A stretch of 24,563 nt of DNA from a virus (taxonomy: Duplodnaviria > Caudoviricetes), in the IMG/VR virus record IMGVR_UViG_3300031823_000107, positions 1 through 24,563 of that record; one strand, written 5' to 3'. The notes beneath the pieces are model-generated. The model saw only the letters and a list, made by a program, of their open reading frames with translations, ran no database searches and was not told where the DNA came from. Shown here piece by piece: positions 15,294-23,199 of the stretch; the first letter of the stretch is position 1, and the number at the start of each line of letters is the position of its first letter. The position numbers and the translations under genes are program-made.

Positions 15294-15475
15294 TACGAAA
15301 AATATTACTTTCCAATGTCTACGTGGTGGCGGTGGTGTGCAAAGACTGTAGCTCGATCAAGCGCATGGATAACGTCTACATATACCGTTACGAAGCCGAT
15401 AACCGCGCCGATGCGTTACGACTCAAAGAATCCGCTACGGATCGTATCGAGGTGAAATTATGCCCCGTCAGCTAG
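15290..15475 (+). CDS. Small CxxC protein (paralogue A)
   Basis: Start MIRKIL (ATGA overlap); 61 aa; VYVVAVVCKDC. Confidence 0.6.
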   Translation: MIRKILLSNVYVVAVVCKDCSSIKRMDNVYIYRYEADNRADALRLKESATDRIEVKLCPVS

Positions 15476-15657
15476 AAACCGTAACCGTTTTTATCGTCGT
15501 GATGCGCTGCTTAGATTGCGAACTCTTAACGCACATTGATTCGGCGCACAAAACCCGCGCCGACGCTGACGCACGACTGGCCGCTATCGACAAGGATCAA
15601 GCGCACGAATCCAATCCCCAGACATTAGGGGAAATCCTCGTCTGGGAGGCGATCTAG
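15460..15657 (+). CDS. Small CxxC protein (paralogue B)
   Basis: 65 aa, GAGGTG SD; VFIVVMRCLDC. Confidence 0.65.
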   Translation: MPRQLETVTVFIVVMRCLDCELLTHIDSAHKTRADADARLAAIDKDQAHESNPQTLGEILVWEAI

Positions 15658-15676
15658 TGAAAATTACAATAGATAG

Positions 15677-15706
15677 TTGACTAGACTAGGGGAGAAATGG
15701 TATAAT
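15677..15706 (+). promoter_or_regulatory. Sigma70-type promoter, probably giving a leaderless transcript
   Basis: TTGACT-18 nt-TATAAT with TGG extension; ATG at 15713, 6 nt after the -10 box. Confidence 0.7.
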
Positions 15707-15712
15707 AAAATC

Positions 15713-15913
15713 ATGGTTAATTTTTCAACGATTCAGCGACGCAAAACCTTGGAGCGATACCGCCAGCGCAGAGTTGCCCTAGTGCATAACAAAAGTGTAA
15801 TGCCGTGGCATGGCTACAAGTTAGGGTTGTTGGATGCTGATGTGGCTATTGACGCACTTGAACGCCTCATTTTAGTGGAGGGCATTTCCCATGAAAAAAA
15901 AGAAAATTCGTAA
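15713..15913 (+). CDS. Hypothetical protein
   Basis: Start moved to MVNFST (the track's TTG is the -35 box); 66 aa. Confidence 0.6.
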   Translation: MVNFSTIQRRKTLERYRQRRVALVHNKSVMPWHGYKLGLLDADVAIDALERLILVEGISHEKKENS

Positions 15914-16130
15914 GTCCCAAATATCCCCGGAGTTACACGCGATCTTAGGGCGGTTGTTCTCTGCCTCCGACGATTTTATGATTGCCGTGGGTCATGTCGT
16001 GACGCAACGCCGGGACGGGTCCAGCCGGTTCGTCTTGGAGTTAGTCCAGAAAGCCTTACAGCACCGTAAAGACGTGGATTTGCTTTACGCCTACTTAGAC
16101 CCCAAACATTATAAGGAGATTACCCAGTGA
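15891..16130 (+). CDS. Hypothetical protein
   Basis: 79 aa, GGAGG SD. Confidence 0.65.
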   Translation: MKKKKIRKSQISPELHAILGRLFSASDDFMIAVGHVVTQRRDGSSRFVLELVQKALQHRKDVDLLYAYLDPKHYKEITQ

Positions 16131-17233
16131 ATCAACGCGAAATGATGTTACCGCAAATTACTTTAGGATGGGAACTAGAAGCGACGCACCGGGCCTCGGT
16201 GCATGTCCCCGGTGTGGAAGTGGGCCATGACGGTTCTGTCGATGGCGAAGGACTCGAATACCGTATCCGTAAAGAACACGTCACGAACGTGGCGAAATCG
16301 TTAGGGTGCCTCCGGGCGATAGCGACCGATCCCGCTCTGACAGTGAACGCCTCCTGTGGATTTCATGTGCATTTGGGGCTGGCGAATCGTTCCCGGCGGT
16401 TGCATGACTGGGCGCAGTGGTTTGTGCAGTTGGCTAGAGAAGTTGAAACCGACGCATTTAAGGCGGTTCCCCCGTCACGTACGGATAACGCCTACTGCCG
16501 CTCATGGCGCGTCAATCCTGAATCGATTGGGGCTCTGCAATATCATCCGTCCAAACATTGTAACCGTGACCGTTACCAATGGGTAAACCCGGTGGAGGTG
16601 TTCAGACCGGGCGGGATACGTACCGTCGAAATCCGGTTGATGGGGGCCACTGCCCGCTATACGTGGCTCTTGTCATGGATCAGCGTTTGTCGCTTGATGG
16701 CTATGAGTTCATGGGCCTTAATCTTTGATGCCTCCCGCTTAGAGAAAGAAAAAAAGAACCTGCAAGAATCCTTTAAGTTGGTGCGTGATTCGTTTATTCT
16801 GCCGGACGTTCCCAAGAAAGTCGCCGCTAAAACGGCGGTCTTTTTAGCGTCTAAGGCTGGACTGTTGGAACCCTTCGGGAAACCCTTGGAAAAACTCCAA
16901 GAGCGTGAACGGATCATGCAATATCATGCCAGAGAAGAATCCACCGATTCCCGCGCGTGGAGGAACGTCTTAGAGCGCATGTCCCAAGAGTTTGAAGCGG
17001 CCCGGTCCAATGCCCGGGTATATCCACCCTTACCTGCTCATGGGTACTGTGTGGGGGATACCGTACAGGTCACATCCCCAACGCAAGATGGCGGGGTTGA
17101 AGTCGGACACCGTTACCGCGTCACGGCCTTAAATCCCGATAATTCACAACCCATTGGCGTGATTGCGCCGATTAACAATCCGTGGTGGGTAGCGGCTAAC
17201 TGTGTGAGGTTGATAGATCGGGTGAGGTCTTAA
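16127..17233 (+). CDS. Putative amidoligase (COOH-NH2 ligase, glutamine-synthetase-like fold)
   Basis: TLGWELE, HDGSV...GLEY, VNASCGFHVHLG, N.YC, DRY.WVN and TVEIR motifs; extra C-terminal small beta domain (YCVGDTVQV). Confidence 0.85.
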   Translation: MNQREMMLPQITLGWELEATHRASVHVPGVEVGHDGSVDGEGLEYRIRKEHVTNVAKSLGCLRAIATDPALTVNASCGFHVHLGLANRSRRLHDWAQWFVQLAREVETDAFKAVPPSRTDNAYCRSWRVNPESIGALQYHPSKHCNRDRYQWVNPVEVFRPGGIRTVEIRLMGATARYTWLLSWISVCRLMAMSSWALIFDASRLEKEKKNLQESFKLVRDSFILPDVPKKVAAKTAVFLASKAGLLEPFGKPLEKLQERERIMQYHAREESTDSRAWRNVLERMSQEFEAARSNARVYPPLPAHGYCVGDTVQVTSPTQDGGVEVGHRYRVTALNPDNSQPIGVIAPINNPWWVAANCVRLIDRVRS

Positions 17234-17235
17234 CG

Positions 17236-18186
17236 GTGTGCGGCCTACTAGCGGCTACCGGGAAGATCGAATCGCGGTACACGATTGCTCTTGGCTGCTT
17301 GTCCGAAAAGCGCGGGGATGAATCGGCGGGAGTCGGATGGTCTGTGGACGGTGTGGTACGGGTTGCCAAAATCGCTCAAAATCCGCTCGTCGCTTTTCCG
17401 GTGACGCTAGCCCCGGCAATTCGTCACGCCGCTAAATACGGCGCGGTCTTAATCGGGCATACCCGGCAAGCCACCACGGGGGACGTGACCGATAAAAACG
17501 CCCATCCTTTTTACGATAAGGAAACAAATATCACATGGGCGCATAACGGGATCATCTCGAACTATCAGGCGTTCGGTACTTATACCGTCGATTCGGAATG
17601 TCTCATCGTAGGGATCAAAAAGCGCGATTTCTCAGCGTTCTATGGCCCGATTGCCTTGGTCTGGATTGAAGCGGGGAAACTCCATGCCTTCCATAAAGGA
17701 AACCCGCTATACCGGGGTTTTCGTAATAAGGCGGTGTACTTGGCCTCAGAGGATGATATGCTAAATCAGATCGGCTGTAAACGGGTCAAGGAACTAGCCG
17801 AAGGTCAAATGTACGTCTGGGACGGCCTGAAACTTGAAACCACCAAACGCTTGCCCTGTAACAAGTCCTATACGTTCGGATCATCCCCAAGCGCGTACTG
17901 TGAAGGGGAAATGTTCAGGCCGGGTCAAACGTGGCGGGAAGGGTACGTCTGGGACAACGACCAGTCGAAATATGTTCCTGAGCAACGCACCGCCCCGGCG
18001 CATAAATGCCATACGAGCTGCCCGAAACAGACGCTATCGGTCGGGTTCCGGGTAGCCGACATCATCCAACCCCATGCCGATGAAATGTGTTACGACTGCG
18101 GTAAGGTCAAACGCATGATTTCAAGTGATGTCTGTTACGCCTGTTTCCAGTTAGCTGGAATACGCCCCTACAAAGGAGAAAGCTAA
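17236..18186 (+). CDS. Class II (Ntn) glutamine amidotransferase
   Basis: N-terminal (M)CGL, RG.ESAG, GHTRQATTG, NAHPF, AHNGII, VDSE, YLASE; Cys-rich C-terminal extension. Confidence 0.9.
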   Translation: MCGLLAATGKIESRYTIALGCLSEKRGDESAGVGWSVDGVVRVAKIAQNPLVAFPVTLAPAIRHAAKYGAVLIGHTRQATTGDVTDKNAHPFYDKETNITWAHNGIISNYQAFGTYTVDSECLIVGIKKRDFSAFYGPIALVWIEAGKLHAFHKGNPLYRGFRNKAVYLASEDDMLNQIGCKRVKELAEGQMYVWDGLKLETTKRLPCNKSYTFGSSPSAYCEGEMFRPGQTWREGYVWDNDQSKYVPEQRTAPAHKCHTSCPKQTLSVGFRVADIIQPHADEMCYDCGKVKRMISSDVCYACFQLAGIRPYKGES

Positions 18187-18187
18187 A

Positions 18188-18400
18188 ATGCCGATACGTG
18201 CGACGTTTCCCGGTATCTTATCTGTGGAGTTGGCAAGTTGTAGCCCGTTGAAGGGTAGAAGCATTATCATCTATGGTATCCCCTGCGTGGTGGTCTATGA
18301 AGGGTCCGGACAGGTGTATTTAACCGTCTTAGGGTCAACGCACATTTTTAATATTGATCGACAATATTTAGAGAATTTCGGTTACGAAAGGGTTAGCTAA
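18188..18400 (+). CDS. Hypothetical small beta protein
   Basis: 70 aa, AAGGAG SD. Confidence 0.6.
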   Translation: MPIRATFPGILSVELASCSPLKGRSIIIYGIPCVVVYEGSGQVYLTVLGSTHIFNIDRQYLENFGYERVS

Positions 18401-18401
18401 T

Positions 18402-18710
18402 ATGCCAGTTGCACGCGTTGAACAAGCCGCCGCTGAGATATTAAGGCGTGTGGAGGAGGATACAACCGCCAGCCGCGCCAGGTATCGCGCGGAACTCGTC
18501 CATCAAACACGGCTGGCGCGTGCGATTGAAAACCGTCCCCGGCGCACCCGGTTACGCGCTGGCGTATGGATCACCATAGACGGACGGATCACCGCCTACG
18601 TCGATGATATGACCACCCGCTATGTCTTTCTTAAGGTTCTGGATCATAAATTTACTGTCCCACGCGCTGATTTAGAGCGACATTTTACCTATCTCAAGAG
18701 GCATCAATGA
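18402..18710 (+). CDS. Hypothetical protein
   Basis: 102 aa, tightly packed; C-terminal half resembles the upstream gene. Confidence 0.6.
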   Translation: MPVARVEQAAAEILRRVEEDTTASRARYRAELVHQTRLARAIENRPRRTRLRAGVWITIDGRITAYVDDMTTRYVFLKVLDHKFTVPRADLERHFTYLKRHQ

Positions 18711-18913
18711 TAACATCCCTAGAAAAATATCAACTAGGTTGCTTGTTTCAGATCAGTCGTAACCGCTGCTATCTGACTCTAAATTCTATAGTCGAAGAAC
18801 AAGAACTGCGCGAAAAATCAACTCCAAAAGATCAAATTGAGGTCTACGGGTACAGTTTCCCCAGAAAGCGGGTAAAACGTGACTGCAAAGCAAATTTACA
18901 CAGAATTGGCTAA
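18707..18913 (+). CDS. Hypothetical protein
   Basis: 68 aa, GAGG SD, ATGA overlap. Confidence 0.55.
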   Translation: MITSLEKYQLGCLFQISRNRCYLTLNSIVEEQELREKSTPKDQIEVYGYSFPRKRVKRDCKANLHRIG

Positions 18914-19232
18914 AATCGCGGGGTTTAGGTGTAGTGACACGCAACCCTTCCTCTGCACAAAAAAGACGCTGCAAGCCGATTTAAAGCACGTCCAGAGCCA
19001 TTTGAGGGCCCTCATGGAAAAAGTCAGTTACGAGCGCACTTGGCATGACTTCGGACGGATGGCGGTACAGTCCCGGCCCCGCCGTAGGATCACGTACCTG
19101 ACACCCACGCTAGAGGACATGTCCCTTGATCCCCTTCAAGGGCAACCATTTGACCCTGCCATGATATCACCGCGCATGGGGGAAGGTGAACCAGCGATCC
19201 CACCAGATCCCGAAGAAAATGAGGATGAATAA
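18879..19232 (+). CDS. Hypothetical protein
   Basis: 117 aa, GTG start, acidic/Pro-rich tail. Confidence 0.55.
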   Translation: MTAKQIYTELAKIAGFRCSDTQPFLCTKKTLQADLKHVQSHLRALMEKVSYERTWHDFGRMAVQSRPRRRITYLTPTLEDMSLDPLQGQPFDPAMISPRMGEGEPAIPPDPEENEDE

Positions 19233-19240
19233 AAATGTTC

Positions 19241-19270
19241 TTGACCCACTGTGAGCTAGTCTGGTATAAT
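19241..19270 (+). promoter_or_regulatory. Sigma70-type promoter
   Basis: TTGACC-18 nt-TATAAT with TGG extension, intergenic. Confidence 0.7.
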
Positions 19271-19304
19271 GTAATAGTCAGGGTAAAAAGGAGATTTACA
19301 GATT

Positions 19305-19508
19305 ATGCCTAAAGAAGATTATCGATTATCGGTGTATTTGGGATCGGGCAAAGACGGTCGGCATTTACGTTACCGGATTGACCAAGCGTGTCAAGAGGAC
19401 AGGTTTCGTCATTCCCCCATGAACTTTGTACGTTACGCGATCCGTTTTACCTTAGACCATGACAATTCTCTCCGATCTGAAATGCCTACGGTGGAAGAAA
19501 CCCAATGA
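19305..19508 (+). CDS. Putative ribbon-helix-helix DNA-binding protein
   Basis: 67 aa. Alternating strand YRLSVYL, a helix, then SPMNFVRYAIRFTL; AAGGAG SD; first gene after a promoter. Confidence 0.5.
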   Translation: MPKEDYRLSVYLGSGKDGRHLRYRIDQACQEDRFRHSPMNFVRYAIRFTLDHDNSLRSEMPTVEETQ

Positions 19509-19993
19509 CCCTGACACCCAACACCGCCGTAGGCTTAGCTATTACTGCTGCCGCTGGATTGTTAGCACTATCCGTCTACTTGAATGAAAAAGAGAACCGT
19601 TTTAATTTCGTATCGAAAGGGAGTGATACCAAGATGCCAACAAACACAGAAGCTACACCACGCATGACATTGAGCGCGGCTATGACCAAAGGAATTGCGA
19701 TGCGGCCCAAGAGGGCGCATGGGGTTTACTTTGCCGGGGAAGATCGTTCCGACATTCTAGGAGCGGCTTACCAAGGCCACACCGGAAAAACCGAGGTTCA
19801 TAACTACATGGTCGGGGACTATCTCGAACGGACGTTCCCGATCCTTAAGAAAAAGGTGATGAACCCGGAAACCGGGGAACTCAAAACCTTAAAGACGGTG
19901 CTACGTTCTCTCAATGACAAACACCGCTGGAAGCGTAAAAACGTGGTTCGGTTCGTTTCTTCCGTTGAAGGGAGATTCGGAATCGCCCATTAG
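19505..19993 (+). CDS. Hypothetical phage protein (N-terminal TM segment, or true start at 19634)
   Basis: 162 aa from ATG 19505; an in-frame ATG at 19634 has its own AAGGGAG SD. Core TLSAAM..G...LGAAY...LNDKHRW.R. Confidence 0.65.
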   Translation: MTLTPNTAVGLAITAAAGLLALSVYLNEKENRFNFVSKGSDTKMPTNTEATPRMTLSAAMTKGIAMRPKRAHGVYFAGEDRSDILGAAYQGHTGKTEVHNYMVGDYLERTFPILKKKVMNPETGELKTLKTVLRSLNDKHRWKRKNVVRFVSSVEGRFGIAH

Positions 19994-20004
19994 CATTATA
20001 ACGA

Positions 20005-20235
20005 GTAACACGGTGTTAAAGCTCCCGCGAGGGGGTTGTCAGTGAGGAAGTACAAACATCGCTTAGATAGACTAAACGTGTAGAGGAACGGCGAAACGCT
20101 TGATATTTGTGTTGTCCTGAACAACTCTCTACTATCTAGGAATCGAGCCTACCAAGGATCGGAAAGGGGCTAGACGAGCATAAGCGGTCTTCGGACCCCG
20201 CGTTGACTCTAGTATCCCCCCGGCCCTGTAGGAGT
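20005..20235 (+). ncRNA. Candidate structured non-coding RNA of unknown class
   Basis: No long ORF; several stems including CTCCC-GCGA-GGGGG, GGTC-TTCG-GACC, TAGATAG/CTATCTA and CCTAC/GTAGG. GNRA and UUCG loops read correctly on the plus strand. Confidence 0.55.
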
Positions 20236-20407
20236 TTCAGAAGAAAGAATTTAACCATGCTCTTTAACTTAATGAATAATGACCCGTTATCCCCCGTTAG
20301 GCGGCCTCCTTGGACGCTTACCGGGGATTCTTTATGCCTACAAAATTAACTAATGTGCTTCTGCTAGCATTAGAAAAATACACAGAACCAGTTAGAAGGG
20401 AAAAAAG

Positions 20408-20989
20408 ATGGAGGGCTTAATACTAGAACCGGAAAAGCATCAATACTTTTGGGAGGGAAAACGTGTACCCGGAATTACGGAAATTATTAAAACCTTGGGC
20501 CTCACCAAAGACACGACTTACATCGATCCTTATTTTGCCACGCGCGGGATCGCGGCGCATAAAGCCATCGAATTATACCTTGGCGACAATTTAGACGAGC
20601 AGACACTTGACGAGTCCTACCGGGGCTACTTCGAGGGCTTTAAAGCCTGGTGGACTAAAACCAAAAAAAGCGTACGCTGCGCGACGGAAATATCCTTGTA
20701 TAGCCAACGCTTGAACTTTGCCGGGACTTTAGATTTGGTTTTAGACGATATGATTGTAGACTATAAAACCTCCAAGGACGTAGACCCCGCCTCGGAACTG
20801 CAAGGGGCCGCTCAGCAAATGCTTTGGGGCGAAAATTGTAACGAGCTTTTACCTTTTCGGGTTTTGCAACTGTTTAAGGACGGAACTTTCAGACTGATCG
20901 ATTACGACCCGATGAACCCGAATCTATGGGAAAATACCATGGGCTTATACGCTTGGTTCAAGAAGGCCCATCCCCGGAGTATCAAATGA
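20408..20989 (+). CDS. PD-(D/E)XK exonuclease (RecB/Cas4-like phage recombination nuclease)
   Basis: H.Y..EGKRVPGITEII, RG...HKAIE, E..LYS....FAGTLDL...IVDYKTS, ELQ. Confidence 0.85.
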   Translation: MEGLILEPEKHQYFWEGKRVPGITEIIKTLGLTKDTTYIDPYFATRGIAAHKAIELYLGDNLDEQTLDESYRGYFEGFKAWWTKTKKSVRCATEISLYSQRLNFAGTLDLVLDDMIVDYKTSKDVDPASELQGAAQQMLWGENCNELLPFRVLQLFKDGTFRLIDYDPMNPNLWENTMGLYAWFKKAHPRSIK

Positions 20990-21098
20990 TTTGGGGGTTA
21001 TGGGTGTTGGACGGTGCCTTGAAGTCACTTGTTAGAACATGGACCCGTAGCGGTACTCCAACTATCCGCTACCCCCTCGTTTTCATAAGGAGATAAGA

Positions 21099-21851
21099 AT
21101 GGATAAAGAAGTCTTAGACGTACAAACAGGAGAACTCGTAGCCCAAACGCCGGAAAGTTTACTGTTATCGGCTCGCGATGCCGCGCAAGCGTTGGAACGG
21201 GTCATTACCTTAAACGATAAACCCCCGCTCGTATTCAGAGGAAAACGATACCTTGAAATTCATCACTGGCAAACGATTGGAGCTTTTTACCATTGTTCGG
21301 TAAGAACCGCAGACGCGCAACCTTGCGACATTGATGGAACAAAAGGGTTCTTCGCTAAGTGCGATTTATTGAATGATAAGACCGGGGAAGTGGTGGGCGG
21401 CAGTGTCGCCTACTGTATGCGCGACGAACCCCAATGGAAAGATAAACCGATGTATGCCTTGGCGAGTATGGCGCAGACCCGCGCGGGATCGAAAGCCTTG
21501 TCCAACAAGTTTCGATTCGTGGCGATCTTGGCCGGGTATGAGGGATGCCCGTCTGAGGAAGTGACCGATGATATGAAAGGACAACCGCCGGTGAAAATGC
21601 CGCAACCGAAATTGATTGAAACAAAAACCGAGACACCGCCTTTATCCAAAGAAGAAATCGCGCATGAAGCAAGGCCCCCGGAAAGTAAGTTCTTTGCCAA
21701 ACTTCACGAAATTGCCCGAAAGAAAAAAGTCGAACCGGACAAACTCAAATGGTTTATCAAAGAAACGTTTGGGAAAGAGTCCTCCAAAGACCTGTTTGAT
21801 TCGGAAGCTTTGGCCTTGATCCAGATGATCGAAAAAGGAGCGATTCAATGA
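21099..21851 (+). CDS. Putative ssDNA-annealing protein (recombinase)
   Basis: GKRYLEI..WQ, SMAQTRA.SKAL...F...AGYE..PSEE, then a linker and small C-terminal helical domain; follows the exonuclease; AAGGAG SD. Confidence 0.7.
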   Translation: MDKEVLDVQTGELVAQTPESLLLSARDAAQALERVITLNDKPPLVFRGKRYLEIHHWQTIGAFYHCSVRTADAQPCDIDGTKGFFAKCDLLNDKTGEVVGGSVAYCMRDEPQWKDKPMYALASMAQTRAGSKALSNKFRFVAILAGYEGCPSEEVTDDMKGQPPVKMPQPKLIETKTETPPLSKEEIAHEARPPESKFFAKLHEIARKKKVEPDKLKWFIKETFGKESSKDLFDSEALALIQMIEKGAIQ

Positions 21852-21994
21852 GAAGTGAAGAAGAAGTCATTAACAAACTAATTGAGAAGTTAACCGAATC
21901 GCGGTATCTCTTAAAAGGAATGATTCATACGATTGACTTGATTGAAACGGAATTGAAATTCCTCCGCTTAAAGAAAGAAACGGGGATTTCGTGA
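21848..21994 (+). CDS. Small helical hypothetical protein
   Basis: Absent from the ORF track (48 aa): MRSEEEVINKLIEKLTESRYLLKGMIHTIDLIETELKFLRLKKETGIS. AAGGAG SD; overlaps both neighbours by 4 nt. Confidence 0.65.
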   Translation: MRSEEEVINKLIEKLTESRYLLKGMIHTIDLIETELKFLRLKKETGIS

Positions 21995-22350
21995 AATCCT
22001 ATCACTTTGAGATTGCGGGGCCTCCGGTGGTTCAAGAACGCGCCCGTAAAAGTAAGCAAGGACATTTCTACGATCCGTCCAAAGAAGCCAAAGACGAACT
22101 GGCGTGGCAACTACTCAAACAGAAAGCCGGTCAGGGGATGCCGCTCTTACTAAACGATGTCGTAATTGAAGTGGTGTTTTATGGCGTGAAAAGGGGCGAT
22201 GCCGACAACTGTTTAAAGGCCCTCTTTGATGCAGGGAATGGTATCTTGTGGCGCGATGATCGACAGATCATTGGCCGCGAATTCAATGTTGTCAGACGAT
22301 CCGATGAACCACGAACCGTTTTTGTGGTGAAGGACATAGGAAAGGACTAA
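21991..22350 (+). CDS. rusA: RusA-like Holliday junction resolvase
   Basis: G.PV..ERAR, RGDADNCLKALFDAGNGILWRDDRQI (DxDN..K...D and DD.Q motifs). Confidence 0.9.
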   Translation: MKSYHFEIAGPPVVQERARKSKQGHFYDPSKEAKDELAWQLLKQKAGQGMPLLLNDVVIEVVFYGVKRGDADNCLKALFDAGNGILWRDDRQIIGREFNVVRRSDEPRTVFVVKDIGKD

Positions 22351-22353
22351 CCC

Positions 22354-22818
22354 ATGGCAGTTCACACAGATGATGAAAGAATGCAGAAAGTAAATGAAGT
22401 CGATCAATACCGACGGGAAGGGATGAACGCACAACAAGCCGTTCAGAAAGCCGGCATTACCTATTTCACGTATAACGGCTGGAAAAATAAGTTTGGGTTA
22501 AATCCCAAAGCGTACAAAGAACGAACCGCCGAAGAATGGGCCCCGATCATTGCCGAATACGAACAGCGAAAAGATCAGTTGACGCTGAAAGGGTTCTGTC
22601 TTGAAAAGGGGATTAAACCCACGACGTTTCTAAGTGCTTTATCCCGAAGCCGTAAACAGGCTGAAAAAGCCGTACGAACCATTGTACCCTTGGTGCATAC
22701 CAACGGGTCCAGCGACGAAATCAAAATCTTAAAGGCAGAAAATCTGGAGTTGCGGTTACTGATTTCAGACTACGCTTTAGATATTCAAGCCCTTAAGAAA
22801 TATAGTGGAAGGAGTTAA
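22354..22818 (+). CDS. Double HTH protein with C-terminal leucine-zipper-like coil
   Basis: AQQAVQKAGITYFTYNGWK and TLKGFCLEKGIKPTTF HTHs; LKAENLELRLLISDYALDIQALK. Confidence 0.7.
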   Translation: MAVHTDDERMQKVNEVDQYRREGMNAQQAVQKAGITYFTYNGWKNKFGLNPKAYKERTAEEWAPIIAEYEQRKDQLTLKGFCLEKGIKPTTFLSALSRSRKQAEKAVRTIVPLVHTNGSSDEIKILKAENLELRLLISDYALDIQALKKYSGRS

Positions 22819-22820
22819 TC

Positions 22821-23153
22821 ATGCCAGACTATCATAGGATGCACAATTATCATAGTGGAACGATCATTCTACGCACATCAGGGTATCGGTTCATTAAACG
22901 AACCGATGGGAAGTGGGAAGCGGAACATCGCATGGTCGCCCGGAACAGTGTCGTTCACCGGGACTTGCTGGAAGGTGAAAGAGTGTTCCATAAAAACGGT
23001 AAACGCGAAGACAACGCGCCGTCGAACCTGGTAGTGATTCGGTTCAACTTGGAGAAATTCAAGAAACTGCCGCATACCCGCATTATCTTTATCCCGGTGG
23101 TCAGTAGACCTGCAACCATGAGTCGATCCGCGCATCTGGCGGTGGGAGTGTAA
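22821..23153 (+). CDS. HNH-endonuclease-like protein, possibly degenerate
   Basis: GYRFI....GKW..EHRMV...L..GERVFHKNGKREDNAPSNL. Confidence 0.75.
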   Translation: MPDYHRMHNYHSGTIILRTSGYRFIKRTDGKWEAEHRMVARNSVVHRDLLEGERVFHKNGKREDNAPSNLVVIRFNLEKFKKLPHTRIIFIPVVSRPATMSRSAHLAVGV

Positions 23154-23199
23154 TGAATGGCCGGACATTTCTTGTTATGTTTGTTACCTTGGTACTTTT

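Noticed and set aside
15390-15600. NRADALRLK and ADADARL as further copies of the scaffold motif
   Set aside because: The spacing does not fit ADx[EA][LY]x[RH][LM], and they are explained by the local paralogue pair in the early arm.
20040-20130. Hammerhead ribozyme (CGAAAC present) or tRNA
   Set aside because: No CUGANGA core in a suitable position and no cloverleaf or T-loop GTTC signature.
20408-20989. Cas4 or CRISPR-associated nuclease
   Set aside because: It lacks the Cas4 four-Cys Fe-S pattern and is paired with an annealing protein, as in ordinary phage recombination modules.
20986-21096. 36-codon ORF with a GTAGCGG/CCGCTAC hairpin between exonuclease and annealing genes
   Set aside because: Could be real but is too short and featureless to support. 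The same applies to micro-ORFs at 23673-23774 and 23961-24035.
22354-23153. Intact insertion sequence
   Set aside because: No DDE transposase, terminal inverted repeats or target duplication seen.
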